Below are positions 1 to 13,127 of a stretch of DNA of 64,000 nt, in pieces. The stretch's first letter is position 1. Every line of letters begins with the position of its first letter. The notes under the pieces were generated by a model, which made no database searches, was not told the origin of the DNA, and worked only from the letters and a program-made list of their open reading frames with translations. Origin of the DNA: Eledone cirrhosa (taxonomy: Eukaryota); NCBI GenBank assembly GCA_964016885.1, contig OZ024762.1:21018001-21082000 (forward strand), given 5' to 3'. Both the position numbers and the translations under genes were made by a program.

Positions 1-280
1 AGAACTGATTTTGGCTTGGTTTCTATGGCTGGGTGCATTTCCTAATGCCAACCACATTTACAGTGTGTGCTGGGTGATTTTTGTTGTGACACCAACACTA
101 CCACTTTACAGTGTGAGGTGGGCGACTTTTAGTCGTGACACCTACATGACCACTTCACAGTGTGGACTGGGCACTTTTTATTGTGTCACCAACATGAGCA
201 CTTTACAGTGTGGGCAGGGTTCTTCTTGTAATGACACCAATATGACCACTTTACAGTATGTACTGGGCACATTTTGTTGA
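1..280 (-). repeat. SINE/RTE-tail-derived repeat with tandem ~42-bp units (accactttacagtgtg...)
   Basis: Starts with the reverse complement of the SINE/RTE tail motif (ttctatggctgggtgcatttcctaatgccaaccacatttacagtg), followed by ~5 diverged ~42-bp units; the same units occur on the + strand at 10770-10960. Confidence 0.7.
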
Positions 281-1317
281 ATCTTACACGATTCATTTTA
301 ACTTTCTGATTTCAAATCCTGTTGAGGTCAACTTTGCCTTTCATCCTTTCAAGGTCAATAAAAATGAGCACTAGTCTGATACTGATGTTGATTCTTTCTC
401 TATATCTATTTCTCACTGCCTCTCACTCTCTCTCTCTCCCTCGATTCTTTTCTGGAAGAATTTGTCTGTGTTCAGACATGGAGAGGAGATAGGTTTTGTC
501 AGGCTTAAAGTGCCCAAGATGCACCATATGTCACAATAACCCTACCAAGAGTTACAGCTTGATATTTTGCTTGTACAGCCTCAGTAACTTCTCTTTTTGC
601 CTATTAACTCAATGTGAGATGTTTCATGACATCTTTAAACTATTTTCATACCAAACTTGCCTTAATTCTATGATCTAAAATGGCTTGTTTTAAAATATTT
701 ACATTTATCTAAAAATAACCTTCCATTATAATTTTATGTAAGAACATGCTCTAAACACTAATTTAATAAAGACAGTGTTAGTTATATTACTTAATCCCTC
801 CAAATTCTTAATTATTTTCAAAATTATTTGAAATTTATTGACAATGACTTTTATTAGATATATGGTAACGCAAGGTTTAATGTGCTCTCATGCCTCTGAC
901 AGCTTACTCATGACAAATAATCCATTATTTCTAACATTCAGTTCCCTCCATCCTATAACCACACCACTGCCACTTAAACTTTAACTCTTAACATCCAATA
1001 ATGATTAAAAAATTTAAAAAATGCATGTTTGTTAATTCAAATATTTATAGTATTGTTACCAGTGGACAGATAATTGTGAAAATTTGCAGTATTTGACAAC
1101 CTCCCAAGTGCTGGTGTCACAATAAAATGCACTTGGTAGTGTGCAGGACCATATGTGAGGTGCAGGCCTCTGGCCCATGTGAGAGGTCAGTAGCCCTGCT
1201 TGTGTTCTTGATCAGTGAAGACCCATCTAATCCATGGCTGCAGGGAAAATGGACATTGAATGATAATGATGTGAAGATAGTAGTTTTCTTTTTTTTTATG
1301 CATTTCAAGAAGGTCTT

Positions 1318-1660
1318 GCTAATATGGTTTCATGTGGTACAGGATTTTAAGAATTAATCGCGACTAGTTGTGACTAATGCTACCTTTTCTGTCCTTCAAC
1401 ACCACCTTCATTGCTGTCCTTCAATGCACAGAACCAGATTGTGTCTGTTCTATCCCTCATACTGTAGACCTTTCCTGCCTACATCCCTATTACAGATGTG
1501 CTAATGTGGTTTCATGTGGTACAGGATTTTAAGAATTATTCTTCTCTAGCTCTGTTACTGATGTTACCTTTTCTATACTTTGACACCACTTTCACCACTG
1601 TCCTTCAATGCCCAACTCACATATTGTAGATATATTTTACCTCCAACCCTGCTACAGATG
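1318..1660. repeat. Diverged ~183-bp tandem duplication
   Basis: gctaat(a/g)tggtttcatgtggtacaggattttaagaatta occurs at 1318 and 1501, with similarity continuing to ...tacagatgtg. Confidence 0.8.
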
Positions 1661-2359
1661 TGGCAGGGTGGGGGTACCTATGTTTGTTCTGAGTGTTTCA
1701 GTTGGTTTGATCAACAGAAAAGCCAGCTCCTTAAATTAACATGAGGGTGGCTGAGCACTCCACAGACACATACGTCATGCAAGTTTTCACAATGATCTAT
1801 GCATATCTTTGAGTATGTGTGTATGTGCGTGCACGTCTGTACGTGCGCCTATGTCTGTAAGCATGTGCCTATCTGTTTGTGTGTCTGTGTGTGTCTATAT
1901 TTGTGTGTATGTGTCTCTGTGTATGTGTGTGTTTGTTTTTATATCCTATATCTGTATGTGCATGTGTGTGTTTGTTTCTATATCCTATATCTTTGTGTGT
2001 GTCTCTGTGCATGTCTGAGTGTGCGTGTCTGTGTGCATGTCTCTGTGTGTGTCAGTGCATGTCTGTGTGCGTGTCTGCATGTCTGTGTGTATGTGTGTGT
2101 GTATATGTCTGTCTGTGTGTGAGTGTCAGTGGATGTCTGTGTGTATATGTATGTATGTCTGTGTGTCTATCCCTCAGCCTTTTCAAACTCCCAGTATCAA
2201 ATTCCTACTAAAATGTCCACTGGTACTAATTAGGTGACCTAATTAACAATATTAATCAACAACTTCCAGTCAATTATCACTTTAGTAACTAGTTTGTTGC
2301 TAGGAGACAAATTGGTCAATTGTTTTACCAATACATTTACTATTATTACTATTAGTAAA

Positions 2360-2915
2360 AACGACTAAGACCACCACCACCACTACTGCTACTACAATCA
2401 CCACTACTACCGCCACCACTACTACTACTGCAATCACTAGTACCACCACCACCTCTACTACTACTACTACAATCACCACTACTACTACCACCACCACCAC
2501 TACTACTACTGCAATCACTAGTACCACCACCACCACCTCTACTACTCCTACTACAATCACCACCACTACTACCACCACCACCACCACCACCACCACCACC
2601 ACCACCACTACTACTACTGCAATCACTAGTACCACCACCACCTCTACTACTCCTACTACAATCACCACTACTACTACTACCACCACCACCACCACCACTA
2701 CTACTACTGCAATCACTAGTACCACCACCACCTCTACTACTCCTACTACAATCACCACTACTACTACCACCACCACCACCACTGCAATAACTAGTACCAC
2801 CACCACCTCTACTACTCCTACTACAATCACCACTACTACTACCACCACCACCACCACCACCACCACCACTACTGCAATCACTAGTACCACCACCACCTCT
2901 ACTACTACTACTACA
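2360..2915. repeat. Compound (ACC/ACT)n microsatellite with higher-order unit
   Basis: The marker gcaatcactagtaccaccaccacctctact recurs about six times, separated by variable ACC/ACT runs. Confidence 0.9.
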
Positions 2916-3162
2916 GTGGCTTTAGGGATGTTGGGTTATATACCTCAATATTTGTTCTAGTTCTCTGCACCCTGTGTTCAGATCCTGCCGAGAACTATTT
3001 TGCCTTTCATCCTTTCAAGGTTGATCAATAAAGTACAACTTTAGTACTGAAGGGCCACCTATGTATAACTCCATCAGCAGTTAAGGGCCCTTTGCTTTCC
3101 TTTTACTGTCTTTAGCACCCTCTCCTTACATTTTAAAATTTAACTCTGACAATGACAGATAA

Positions 3163-3350
3163 CTGTATATACTTGAATATAAGCCGACCCCTACTATTTT
3201 ATGGCTGAGAAATGGGCAAAAATCCAAACTTTATTTATGTAGAATTTGAAATTAGGGGGAAAAAACATGAAAATATTGATTCTGAATATAAGCTGACTTT
3301 TTTTTTTTTTTTTGTCACATATTCGGAGGCTTATATTTGAGTATATACAG
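3163..3350. mobile_element. Tc1/mariner-superfamily (Tc2-like) MITE
   Basis: Imperfect TIRs ctgtatatacttgaatataagcc / ggcttatatttgagtatatacag, followed by TA. Confidence 0.7.
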
Positions 3351-3359
3351 TATACCGGG

Positions 3360-3625
3360 AGATGTGTTGTTTCCTTGAGCAAGACACTTTATTTCACATT
3401 GCTCCAGTTTACTCAGCTGTAGAAATGAGATGATAGAGACTGGGGTCCCTATCATTCCACTGCAAAGTGGTCGTGGAGGTGCCACGGCAAAAAAGCACCC
3501 AGCACTCACTGTAAATGAGGTTGGTGTTAGGAAGGGCATCCAGCTGTAGAAATCAAGCCAGAATCAGTTCCCGTCCCACCCTTGCAAGCAGGGAAAAGCG
3601 GACGTAAAATGAAATGATGATGATG
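3360..3625 (+). mobile_element. 5'-truncated tRNA-derived SINE (family A) with (GAT)n tail
   Basis: Near-identical to the body and tail of the copies at 10431, 16848 and 17709. Confidence 0.9.
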
Positions 3626-3729
3626 ACTAATTATCATCTGGAGTAAATCTTTTGTGTATTCTATTTAGCTTGGGCTACATTTTGAATATTGCTTTTAATT
3701 GATGAAGCAACTTAGTTACCTCAGCCACA

Positions 3730-3966
3730 AACCCTGGTACTGTGGCATGCAATGCAGAGGAAAAGATGATGAACAAATACCAGGGATAGTTTACCACTTC
3801 CTCTTCACACCGGTCACTGTAGAGACCTCAGGCATACCTGGAGCCCGTACTGCTGAGTTCCTCTGCAAGATAGGAAAGGAATGTCAGCAGCCATCATGAG
3901 GTGGGGTGGTTGTTGCAGCGGGTGTTGCTGGCCATTGTCCGTGGAACTGCTCTTGCAGTCTTGTCC
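3730..3966 (+). mobile_element. Degenerate CRE/R2-type non-LTR retrotransposon C-terminal (restriction-like endonuclease) remnant
   Basis: Frameshifted translation AEEKMMNKY...FLFTPVTVETSGIPGARTAEFLCKIGK...WLLQRVLLAIVRGTA matches the K..KY / F.P..VET.G / QR...A..RGN pattern. Confidence 0.6.
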
Positions 3967-4739
3967 AAGGGGAGCCTGTCATGTCAGAACACATAACTGA
4001 GGAACTCCCAATTCCAGAGTTAGGATCGAACATTAATCAATCATTCCTCGAGCTGATCAGCAGTGAAACATATGTAATATGTAATTAAATATGTATATGA
4101 TGCAACACTGATTCTTTGTTCCCATTTTTTTATTATTATTGATGCTCTGCTCCCCAATACCATCGAGTGCTCATATTTGCATACCGCCTGTGAACGCAAT
4201 TCATTTGCACCTCTACTACCTATATATATATATATATATATATATATTTAGGTTTGTTGGTTCACCACTGGATAGAACTGGTCATTCCGTATGATCAACC
4301 TCGATGTAATATTAGGGAGAGCACTCGACATAATACAACTCACCCGTCTTCGTTTGTGTTGTTGGTGGTGCGAGTACGGAGTTAATTATTATAATATATA
4401 TATATAAATGAAAGTATATAAATTATTGTGAGCGTGAAGCCAACAGTATTTCATAATATATAATATATATAATATATATAATATATAATATATATTATAT
4501 GCACTTGAAGAAGGTCACAAATTTGATGTCTCTTGTATTCTGGAGGTATGGTTAAATTTGGGCCTTGAAACCTTGGGTAGTTCTTTTGTTTTATGTATGA
4601 ACATAAATAATTGTTTCTACTTTTGGCACAAGGCCAGCAATTACCCAGTACATTACTGGTACTTTGGTACTTTATTTTATCGACCCCAAAATGATGATGA
4701 TGATGATATCACTAAGTACTGGTTTAGCTTTCCCCTTCA

Positions 4740-5100
4740 CCATAATCATCCGTCATCACCCCCCTACTACCACCACCACCACCACCGTCCCTCCCACCAC
4801 CACCATCCCTCCCCACCACTTCCCATCACATTACCATCAAACCTCACACTGCCTCCACCACTACCACTATTACCAGCACCATCACCATCACCACCACCAC
4901 CCATCCCAACCACACACCATCACATTGACATCAACCCCCCCCCCCCCCCCCCCCCACCACCACCACACACACACCACCACCACCTCTCCCACCCACTCAC
5001 ATTGCCATCAAACCTCACACCACCACCACCACCACCACATTGCCCCCCCCCCCAACCACACACCATCACATTGCCATAAAACTTCACACCACTACACCTT
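4740..5100. repeat. C/A-rich low-complexity (CAC)n/poly-C tract
   Basis: Direct reading; source of the His/Pro-rich pseudo-ORFs. Confidence 0.9.
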
Positions 5101-5611
5101 TCTCAATGCTTTTATACTATATACTAGTGATTAGTTAGTTTACCGTAGTTAGTTGCTAGTATCACTTGGATGTGCACACTAGATGGCACCACTAGCTGGG
5201 TGTTTAATTTTTTTTTTTTAGTGGGTTTTTTTCCTCTCTTCTTTTTTTTCAATTTTGGTCATGTGACATTTTTTATTGTATTTTCTTTGGTGGTTGTATA
5301 TATAAATATATATTTTTTTCTTTCCTACGATACGTTTTTTTTTTTAGCTAGAATTCATATTATACAGCACACTTAACTGTAATTAGATTTTTTTTCTGTG
5401 TGTGTATATAATGAACTCAATGTGTATATTCCAGTTACTGTTTAATATGCCAGATTCTAAATTTAAAAAAACCATTACTTTGAGTGTGTGTGTGGGGGAG
5501 GGGGGGGGGTAAGAAGGGAGGTGGAATAAACAAACCAAACAAAAAAAAAAGAAAACTAAAAATAATGAAAATTATTTTTTATTTACCACAAAATCATTAA
5601 ATTAATTGAGA

Positions 5612-5885
5612 GATCACAGCTCTAGTACTATGGACATGTGGTCAGTTTGCCTCAGGAAAGAATCACTGAACAGATTTTATGGGCAAAACTAACTGGCAGG
5701 AGACCCCGGGGGTAGAACCTGAGCAAGATAGTTTGATAACATGTATGAGCTTGGCTGGTCTTGCTTGGGTATCCAGCCAGATCAACTGGATACGGTTGCT
5801 TCTAACAGGACCCACTGGAAGGAGTGTTTGAGGACTCTGCCCCCACAACTCTCTCAGGAAATAAGGGGCCGACGAAGATTTTACA
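5612..5885 (+). mobile_element. RTE-clade (Rex3/Expander-like) LINE 3' remnant
   Basis: Translation YGHVVSLPQERITEQILWAKLTGRRPRG...ELGWSCLGIQPDQLDTVASNRTHWKECLRTLPPQ, with stops and frameshift. Confidence 0.7.
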
Positions 5886-6366
5886 AACACAAGTTACAAC
5901 ATGGAGGGAGTTACAGATCATATTAACAATAATGATAATAATGATGATCTCTGATTTGGTCGGGAGAGGAAAGTCAGTGTATTACTGGTACTTTATTTTA
6001 TCGACTCCATAAAGATGAAAGGCAAGGTCAATTTTTCTTTTCATCCTTCTGGCAGTTGATAATATATAATACCAGTCAAGTACTGGGGTCAATGTAATCG
6101 ATTCCTCCCCACCAAAATTGCTGAGCGTATTGCCAATGTTAGAAAGTAGTAGTAATAATAATACTGTAAATAATATACTGATGCTTAGTAATTTGTCAAC
6201 AATGACCTATAATTAGACTAAAATCTTTCCCTCAGAGACATTTTTTTTCTGTTTGGTAAAGTAGCTAATGTACTTTGTTTTGGTGTATGTATTTATTAAT
6301 AGTAATGGAGGTTGGTTATATTATTTTAAAGCTGATGACCAACAGAAGTTTGGATCTCACATACTT

Positions 6367-6858
6367 TAACCCTTTTGATACCAACCAATACAAAGCTGCC
6401 CCCAATTCTTTGAAACAAGGCCACACATATTTAATAGATTCCTATCTAAATTAAAATCGTTCAACATAATTTTATATAGGGCTCTTTTGTTTAACCCTTT
6501 TGAAACCAATCTGCCCAAAACCACCCATCATTTTTTAAAATAAGGCCACCCATATTTTATAGATTACCATTTAAATAAAAAAATCTTCTAACATGATTTT
6601 TCATACCAACCTTTTGTTTAAACCTTTTGAAAGCAACCCACACAAAACCACTTCCAATTCTTTGTAAAAGGGTCAGCCATATTAAATGAGTTTTTATGTA
6701 AATTAAAATCTTCCAACATAATTTTACTTTTAAGTTATGTTATAAATATCAGCTTAATAATGAAATAATTAAACATTTTAGCAAATCCCTCCAAATTCTT
6801 CCTTAACTATTTCAAATATGATTTATTTCATTAGAAATATTGGTAATGAAAGGGTTAA
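6367..6858. mobile_element. TTAA-flanked piggyBac-like MITE with internally repeated ~130-bp 5' segment
   Basis: ttaa|cccttt...aaaggg|ttaa ends; the cccttttga(t/a)accaa block recurs at ~6370, ~6495 and ~6623. Confidence 0.5.
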
Positions 6859-7196
6859 GTTATGTTACAAACGCCATCTTAATAACAGAACAATAATTTT
6901 AGTAAATCTCTCCAAATTCTTAATTAATATATCCAAATATAGTTTATTATGGTAACGAATGGGATAAATTGTTGCTTTCTTTTTTTTTTCACTTTGTCTT
7001 CTTTTTACAGAAAATAATGTATTAAGAAAGGTAGCGAATTGGGAGAGTTGTTAGAGCATCAGATAGAATGCTTTGCAGTATTCATTCTGGCTCTCTGAAC
7101 TCTGAGTTCAAATCTCTCCAACATCAATTTTGCCTTTCATCCTTTTGAGGTTGATAAAAATGTACCAGTCCATTCATTACTGGATACAATTCTTCC

Positions 7197-7227
<31 letters not shown>

Positions 7228-7384
7228 CTAGAAGAAAGCAGCTGTGCACAGAACTGGAAAGGGATGGGCTTTGCCAGCTTTAAATGCCCCCCAAGACGTG
7301 CTGTATATCTGTACGGCACCCCTAGGGCTCCACACACACACACAATGTATTAACGTACACGCATATAACTTGCATTATTTTTTA

Positions 7385-7650
7385 CCCCGTAAGGATGAAA
7401 GGCAAAGTTAACCTCAGCGGGATTTGAACTTAGAATGGCAAGGACCGTAACTCTGTGCCAAAGCATGGCGTCCGAGTATCGGTAGAGGGTTTGACGCCAT
7501 GCTTTGATTCATAGTTATGGCCCTTGCCAATCTGAGTTCAAATCCCGCCGAGGTTAACTTTGCCTTTCATCCTTGTGGGGTCGATAAAATAAAGTACCAG
7601 TAATGTACTGGGTAATTGCTGGCCTTGTGCCAAAAAGTAGAAACAGTTAT
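7385..7650. mobile_element. Two divergently oriented CORE-type tRNA SINE copies (family B) forming an inverted pair
   Basis: - copy at 7385-7474 (ggatgaaaggcaaagttaacctcagcgggatttgaact) and + copy at 7475-7650 (gagttcaaatcccgccgaggttaactttgcctttcatcc). Confidence 0.8.
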
Positions 7651-7684
7651 TTTTTAAGTAATTTACAGAAGTACTTTTGTTGAA

Positions 7685-7888
7685 CCCTTTAGCATTCAAA
7701 CTAGCTGTATCCGACCAGAATTCTTTCCCCTTTTTGAAACCAGCCATAACTCACACCGATATTAAGATACTGTTCTTAAAATAAATAACAACAACCATCA
7801 AAATCTTGTAGACTTGATATTACATGAGATAAAGTGTTTACCATGAAAATACAACAGTAAATATAATATTAATGTAGATGCTAAAGGG
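7685..7888. mobile_element. piggyBac-type MITE (~200 bp, family P)
   Basis: TIR ccctttagcat / atgctaaaggg followed by TTAA; homologous to 16144, 26182, 32684 and 33581. Confidence 0.75.
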
Positions 7889-8266
7889 TTAAAATATTAG
7901 TTAACTTATACCAGAAACATAAGTACTTCAGTAAAATATTTAAAAACAAGAGAAAGTAACCACAATGGCAAGACATTCTTGAAAAATACAAAAGGTCATT
8001 GACTTCATCGGGTTAAAATTTGAAATTTTTACTTTGGTTTACTGCAAATTTTAGATATTTTCTGTTAAATTATTACAGGATATTAAGAGTTAATGTATGA
8101 CTGGTCTACTTAATCCTGGAATTAATATAACCTATTTATAGATTGAGATAAATACTCTTTTACCTGTTTCAGCCATCCGGCTGAGGCCATTTATTTATAT
8201 ATTGTAAATATATATATATATATACAATATATAAATAAATGGAAACTATATTTATAAAACCATATT

Positions 8267-8332
8267 TATTTTATTATACATATTTCAAGGGCAACCAATG
8301 CAAATTATGGTGCACTTTCATCAGATAAAATA
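8267..8332 (-). ncRNA. Minimal type I hammerhead ribozyme motif
   Basis: Reverse complement reads tattttat-CTGATGA-[aagtgcacca...tggttgccctt]-GAAA-t-atgt-a-TA-ataaaata. Confidence 0.75.
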
Positions 8333-8511
8333 CAGATTTGTTTTATAAATAAATATTGACATACCCGGAAAAAAGACAACCTTAATGGTTGGAGCTTCCA
8401 GGAAGCTCCAACCATTAAGGTTGTCTTTTTTCCGGGTATGTCAATATTTATTTATAAAACAAATCTGTATTTTTTTCGGGCATGTCAATATTTATTTATA
8501 AAACAAATCTG

Positions 8512-8577
8512 TATTTTATCTGATGAAAGCACACCATAATTTGCCTTGGTTGCCCTTGAAATATGTATAATAAAATA
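8512..8577 (+). ncRNA. Minimal type I hammerhead ribozyme motif
   Basis: tattttat-CTGATGA-stem II-GAAA-t-atgt-a-TA-ataaaata; stem I is 8 bp; stem II is weaker than in the - arm copy. Confidence 0.7.
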
Positions 8578-9027
8578 AATATGGTTTTATAAATATAGTT
8601 TCCATTTATTAATATATTGTGTATTTACTCCACTAATCTGTTGAGTGCTTTATATCAGTTATAAAATTTTTAAGCTTGTTGAATTAAATATAACCTCTGC
8701 ATATATATTTATATATATATGTGTGTATGTACATCGATATAAATATGTATATATGTATGTGTGTGTATGTACATAGATATAAATATATATGTATGTGTGT
8801 GTATGTACATAGATATAAATATATATGTATATGTATGTGTGTATGTACATAGATATAAATATATGTATATATATATATGTGTGTGGGGGGGGGTATATAT
8901 AAATATGTATATATATGTATGTATGTATATATATATAAATATATATACATAAATATATGTATATATATATATATATATATGTGTGTGTATATATAAATAT
9001 ATATACATAAATATATGTATATATATA

Positions 9028-9067
<40 letters not shown>

Positions 9068-9676
9068 CATATAGATATAGATATAGATATATGTGCGTGT
9101 GAGTATATGTATGTATATATAAGCGGTGCATGCATTTATACACCAATATGTGTGAATGTAACATACATACAAGCACAAACAGATACAAACATACATATAT
9201 ACACTTAAATAAAAACACTCACCTACACACTCACAAATGCAGATACACACATACATAAGTACAGACAGTTTTCATTTCATATTAGCAATCATATATATTT
9301 TTTTTTCCTACTCCCATCCATTCAAAAGATATGTTTGTGTTTATAATTATATTTACTTCTGACAAGCAGAATCTAATTTTCCTATTATTAAAGAAAAAGC
9401 ATTTCACATCAAATTAGCTGCTGCTTATTTACTATATTCCAGCTGTACTTAATTCTAATCTCACTTTTTACATTTTCCTCTTTCAGTAGTTTACTTTGTA
9501 GAGACCTCCTTTATTTTGTTTTCTTATCTTTTTTGTGTGTTTGTTTGTTTGTTGGTTGGTTTGTTTGTAGGTTTCAGTTAAGCAAGCCTTTTAACTCATT
9601 CATGGCCATATTCATAATGAGTGTGTGTGTATATATATATATTATAAGATCAAAAGATGGTTAAAGGAGTTCCATG

Positions 9677-9747
9677 TATTTTATTATGCGCATTTCAAAA
9701 ACAAACATCATCATGCAATAATATTTGTGTTTTCATCAGATAAAACA
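9677..9747 (-). ncRNA. Minimal type I hammerhead ribozyme motif (family H2)
   Basis: Reverse complement reads tgttttat-CTGATGA-aaacacaaatattatt/gcat/gatgatgtttgttttt-GAAA-t-gcgc-a-TA-ataaaata, inside a solo ~215-bp fragment (9642-9857) between (TA)n tracts. Confidence 0.85.
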
Positions 9748-9850
9748 GGAGAACATGATATGAAGGCTAAAAAACACTTGTGGATAGTGCAGTTTTAAAT
9801 CAACATATGAAAAGTGGTTTTAGATTGATGTGTGATATTGGGAAAAATAT

Positions 9851-9880
<30 letters not shown>

Positions 9881-9881
<1 letters not shown>

Positions 9882-10169
9882 GAGGGGTACTGAAAAGTTC
9901 CAGGCTTTAAGGGTAGAGCTGTTGCCTTTACAGGGGAAGTAGGACTGCTGTAATAAGTGTGTGAATCTAAGGGGGAAATATGTTGAGTAAAATCATAATT
10001 AACTGAAACCCGTGTATTTTCTTCTACACAAAGCCAGAAACTGTAAAAGAAAATACAGGAGGTGCAGTTAATTATGATTTTACTCAACATATTCCCCCTT
10101 AGATTCACACACTTATTGCAGCAGTCCTACTTCCCTGTAAAGGCAATAGCTCTACCCTTAAAGCTGCCC

Positions 10170-10171
<2 letters not shown>
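9881..10171. mobile_element. Mariner-derived fold-back MITE in (TA)n
   Basis: Begins tgaggggtactgaaaagttcc; ~115-bp inverted arms; contains aagtgtgtgaatctaagggggaaatatgttgagtaa (KCVNLRGKYVE*), resembling the mariner transposase C-terminus. Confidence 0.7.
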
Positions 10172-10212
<41 letters not shown>

Positions 10213-10215
<3 letters not shown>

Positions 10216-10352
10216 AAAAGAGTCAGGACTCCGATGGCTGAGCTCTAGCCATTTCGACAGCTAGATCCGACTCTATTACCCACTCTACTACCCTAAGTAT
10301 TGAGTACTCTGGTGCATTATGGTCCACCTGGTATCTTACCACACCCTCTTTG

Positions 10353-10356
<4 letters not shown>
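10213..10356 (+). repeat. (TA)n-embedded dispersed repeat (family T)
   Basis: ctctactaccctaagtattgagtactctggtgcattatggtcca block; also found at 14790-14875, 23970-24055 (-), 24125-24210 (+) and 35740-35870 (-). Confidence 0.8.
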
Positions 10357-10422
<66 letters not shown>

Positions 10423-10430
10423 ACATATAG

Positions 10431-10770
10431 AGGCACATGGCTTAGTGGTTAGAGCATTGGCCTTGCAATCGAAAGGTTGTGAGTTCAATTCTCAGACTGG
10501 GTGATGTGTTGTTTCCTTGAGCAAGACACTTTATTTCACATTGCTCCATTTTACTCAGCTGTAGAAATGAGATGATAGGGACTGGGGTCCCTATCATTCC
10601 ACTGCAAAATGGTCGTGGAGGTGCCACGGCAAAAAAGCACCCAGCACTCACTGTAAATGAGGTTGGTGTTAGGAAGGGCATCCAGCTGTAGAAATCAAGC
10701 CAGATTCAGTTCCCGTCCCACCCTTGCAAGCAGGGAAAAGCGGACGTAAAATGATGATGATGATGATGAT
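10431..10770 (+). mobile_element. Full-length tRNA-derived SINE (family A)
   Basis: A box tggcttagtgg, B box gagttcaattc, central ttccttgagcaagacacttta block, and an RTE-like tail ending in (gat)n. Confidence 0.92.
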
Positions 10771-11994
10771 CCACACCGTAAAAGTGGTCCTGTTGGTGAC
10801 ATAATAAAAAGCACCCAAATCACACTGTAAAGTGGGCGCATTGGTAACACAACAAAAAGTGTCCATCCATACTGTAAAATGCATGTGTTGGTGTCAGGAA
10901 AAAAAGTGCCCAGTCTACACTGTAAAATGGTTGTTTTGGTTTCACGATAAAAAGTACACAAACATTTTGCTCATGTTGCTCCAATCCAATCAACATTTTA
11001 CAGACATTTCCCTGTTGAAGTTAGCCTCTTCTATGATCTTAAGATGGTCGATTTGTCAGAGTTATAAGAGCATTGGATTTTTTGCTCCAGGTTTCTGCAT
11101 TCTAAGTTCAAACTCCAACAATGTCCACTTTGCATCTCATATCATTTTTGGGGGTTAATAAAGGACCAACAAGACTTGTGCTCATTCAGCTCTCTCTCTC
11201 TAACTTTTTCATGACCATATTTATCATGAAATACATTGAGTCTGTTTTAGTTAATGTTGAAAATAAAGAATTTGGAGGGTTTTTCTTTTCTTTTTTTCTT
11301 TTTTCTTTTTTCTTTTTTCTTTTTTCTTTTTTCTTTTTTCTTTTTTCTTTTTTCTTTTTTCTTTTTTCTTTTTTCTTTTTTCTTTTTTCTTTAGTAAAAT
11401 AACTTTTTCATGAAGTTGAGGTTTAGTTCTTCTATAAAATGATGGCAGAAAGTTTTGAAATGAGCAGTTTTATGACAGAACCAGGGGCAATTTCAGAGGC
11501 ATTTTTAGGAGGGTTGGTATTAAAAGGGCTAAATGATTTTATGAACATAATAAACATGATTTTAGTTTCTGATTTGCTAGGAAAAACAAGGAAAAACAAA
11601 ACACTATTTTTTCGTTTCCACTTAATCTGTAAGCCGTCTGTTAAATGATCTGTTTATTTCCAAATACAATATCAAACTTTTATTTTTAATGACACTGATG
11701 TGTGTGAACATAAACAATTGCGTCTAATTACAAATTGTAACCAATTTATAAATTCCAGACTCTTAAACTGAATCACCTTCCACTGTTTATCAATTCATTT
11801 ATTCCCTCCTTACCTCCCTTTGTTTTTCTTGTTTGTTTTTTTGCTTTTGTTTTGTTTTTTTTCTTATAGTTTTATGAAATGTTTTGTTAAGCTGATGAAC
11901 ATTTCTCTCTCACAATGACTTCTTAATTATCAAATAGAAAAAATATTTATACACAAAACAGCTTATATTAGAAATTCTGAGATAAGGTTAGTAA

Positions 11995-12320
11995 TAACTG
12001 GCACTCCATTGGTTACAACAACGAGTGTTCCAGTTGATCCGATCAATGGAACAGCCTGCTCATAAAATTAATGTACAAGTGGCTGAGCATTCCACAGAAA
12101 TGCATACACTTAACGTAGTTCTCAGGAAGATTCAGTATGACAACAGAATGTGACAAGGCTGGCCCTTCGAATTACAGGTATAATTCATTTTTGCCAGCTG
12201 AGTGGATTGGAACAATGTGAAATAAAGTGTCTTGCTCAAGGACACATGCTACTGGGAATCAAACTCGTGACCTTACAATTGTGGACCAAATATTATAACC
12301 ACAAAGCCATGCACTTTCAC
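11995..12320 (-). mobile_element. tRNA-derived SINE (family C)
   Basis: Reverse complement has the tRNA-like head (tggctttgtggtt...gagtttgattccc) and the cttgagcaagacactttatttcacattg block, followed by a different 3' body. Confidence 0.75.
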
Positions 12321-12534
12321 ATGATAAGGTTAATATGGGTATAACTACAGTTTATAAACCTTTCTGTGAAAACAAAACAAATGAATGGGTAAAGTGTTCT
12401 GTTGTTCTCTTTGTATGCAGAAAACTATAAAAAATATATATGAAACTCAAAACAAAACTTAACCCAAATGACCTGTCTAATTTGCATAATGTATATTTTA
12501 AAGTACACCAACAAGAAGCAGTCTTAGGCCATCT

Positions 12535-12696
12535 TAATATCATCATTGTTTTTGGATCTGTTTTTCCACGATTGCATGGGTTGGATGGGTCCTTCTCTGC
12601 ACAGCATCTCTCCAATCCGTGTGTTCCTTTGTCACCTCTTCTATGAGTCTGTGATTGGAGGTCAGCTGTCACCACCTCTAGCCCAGGTCTTTCTTA
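12535..12696 (-). mobile_element. RTE LINE 3' end remnant
   Basis: Reverse complement reads RKTW...VVTADL...AEKDPSNPC followed by a gatgat tail. Confidence 0.55.
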
Positions 12697-12699
12697 GTA

Positions 12700-13075
12700 A
12701 TAATTGTTTCAAGACTAGCAATTTTTTGGGGGTGGGAGGGGGAGTCGATTAAATCGAGCTCCAGTATGTTACTGGCACTTTATTTTATTGACCCTGTAAA
12801 GATGAAAGGCAAAGCTAACGTCAGCGAGATTTGAACTCAGAACGTAAAGGGCCATGACTCTCTGCCGCAACACAGAGTGCCTGACACTCTACTGTTACTG
12901 CCGATAATAATAATTGTTTCTACTTTTGGTACAAGGCCAGCAATTATGTCAGTGCATTACTGGTACTTTATTTCATCAAATCCAGAAGGATGAAAGGCTA
13001 AGTTGACTCGGCGGTATTTCAACTCAGAACCTAACAAATGCCATTAGGCATTTTGCCTCACGCTTAAACTCTTCC
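12700..13075 (-). mobile_element. Two tandem CORE-type SINE copies (family B)
   Basis: gatgaaaggc...atttgaactcagaac blocks at ~12800 and ~12990. Confidence 0.75.
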
Positions 13076-13127
13076 AATCCAACACTTTTGACATCGTCAT
13101 CAACAACAATAATAATAATAATAATAA

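Larger units (their letters stand above)
8225..8620. mobile_element. Fold-back Penelope-like pLTR fragment (family H1)
   Basis: Long palindrome centred on a8400 (gcttcc-a-ggaagc), next to (TA)n, with a hammerhead motif in each arm. Confidence 0.7.

Noticed and set aside
2300-5134. Poly-Val and His/Pro-rich ORFs (2300-2896, 4558-5134)
   Set aside because: Trinucleotide and low-complexity repeat translations.
10431-10505. tRNA-like sequence with A and B boxes
   Set aside because: It is the SINE head; the anticodon region varies among copies and it continues into the SINE body.
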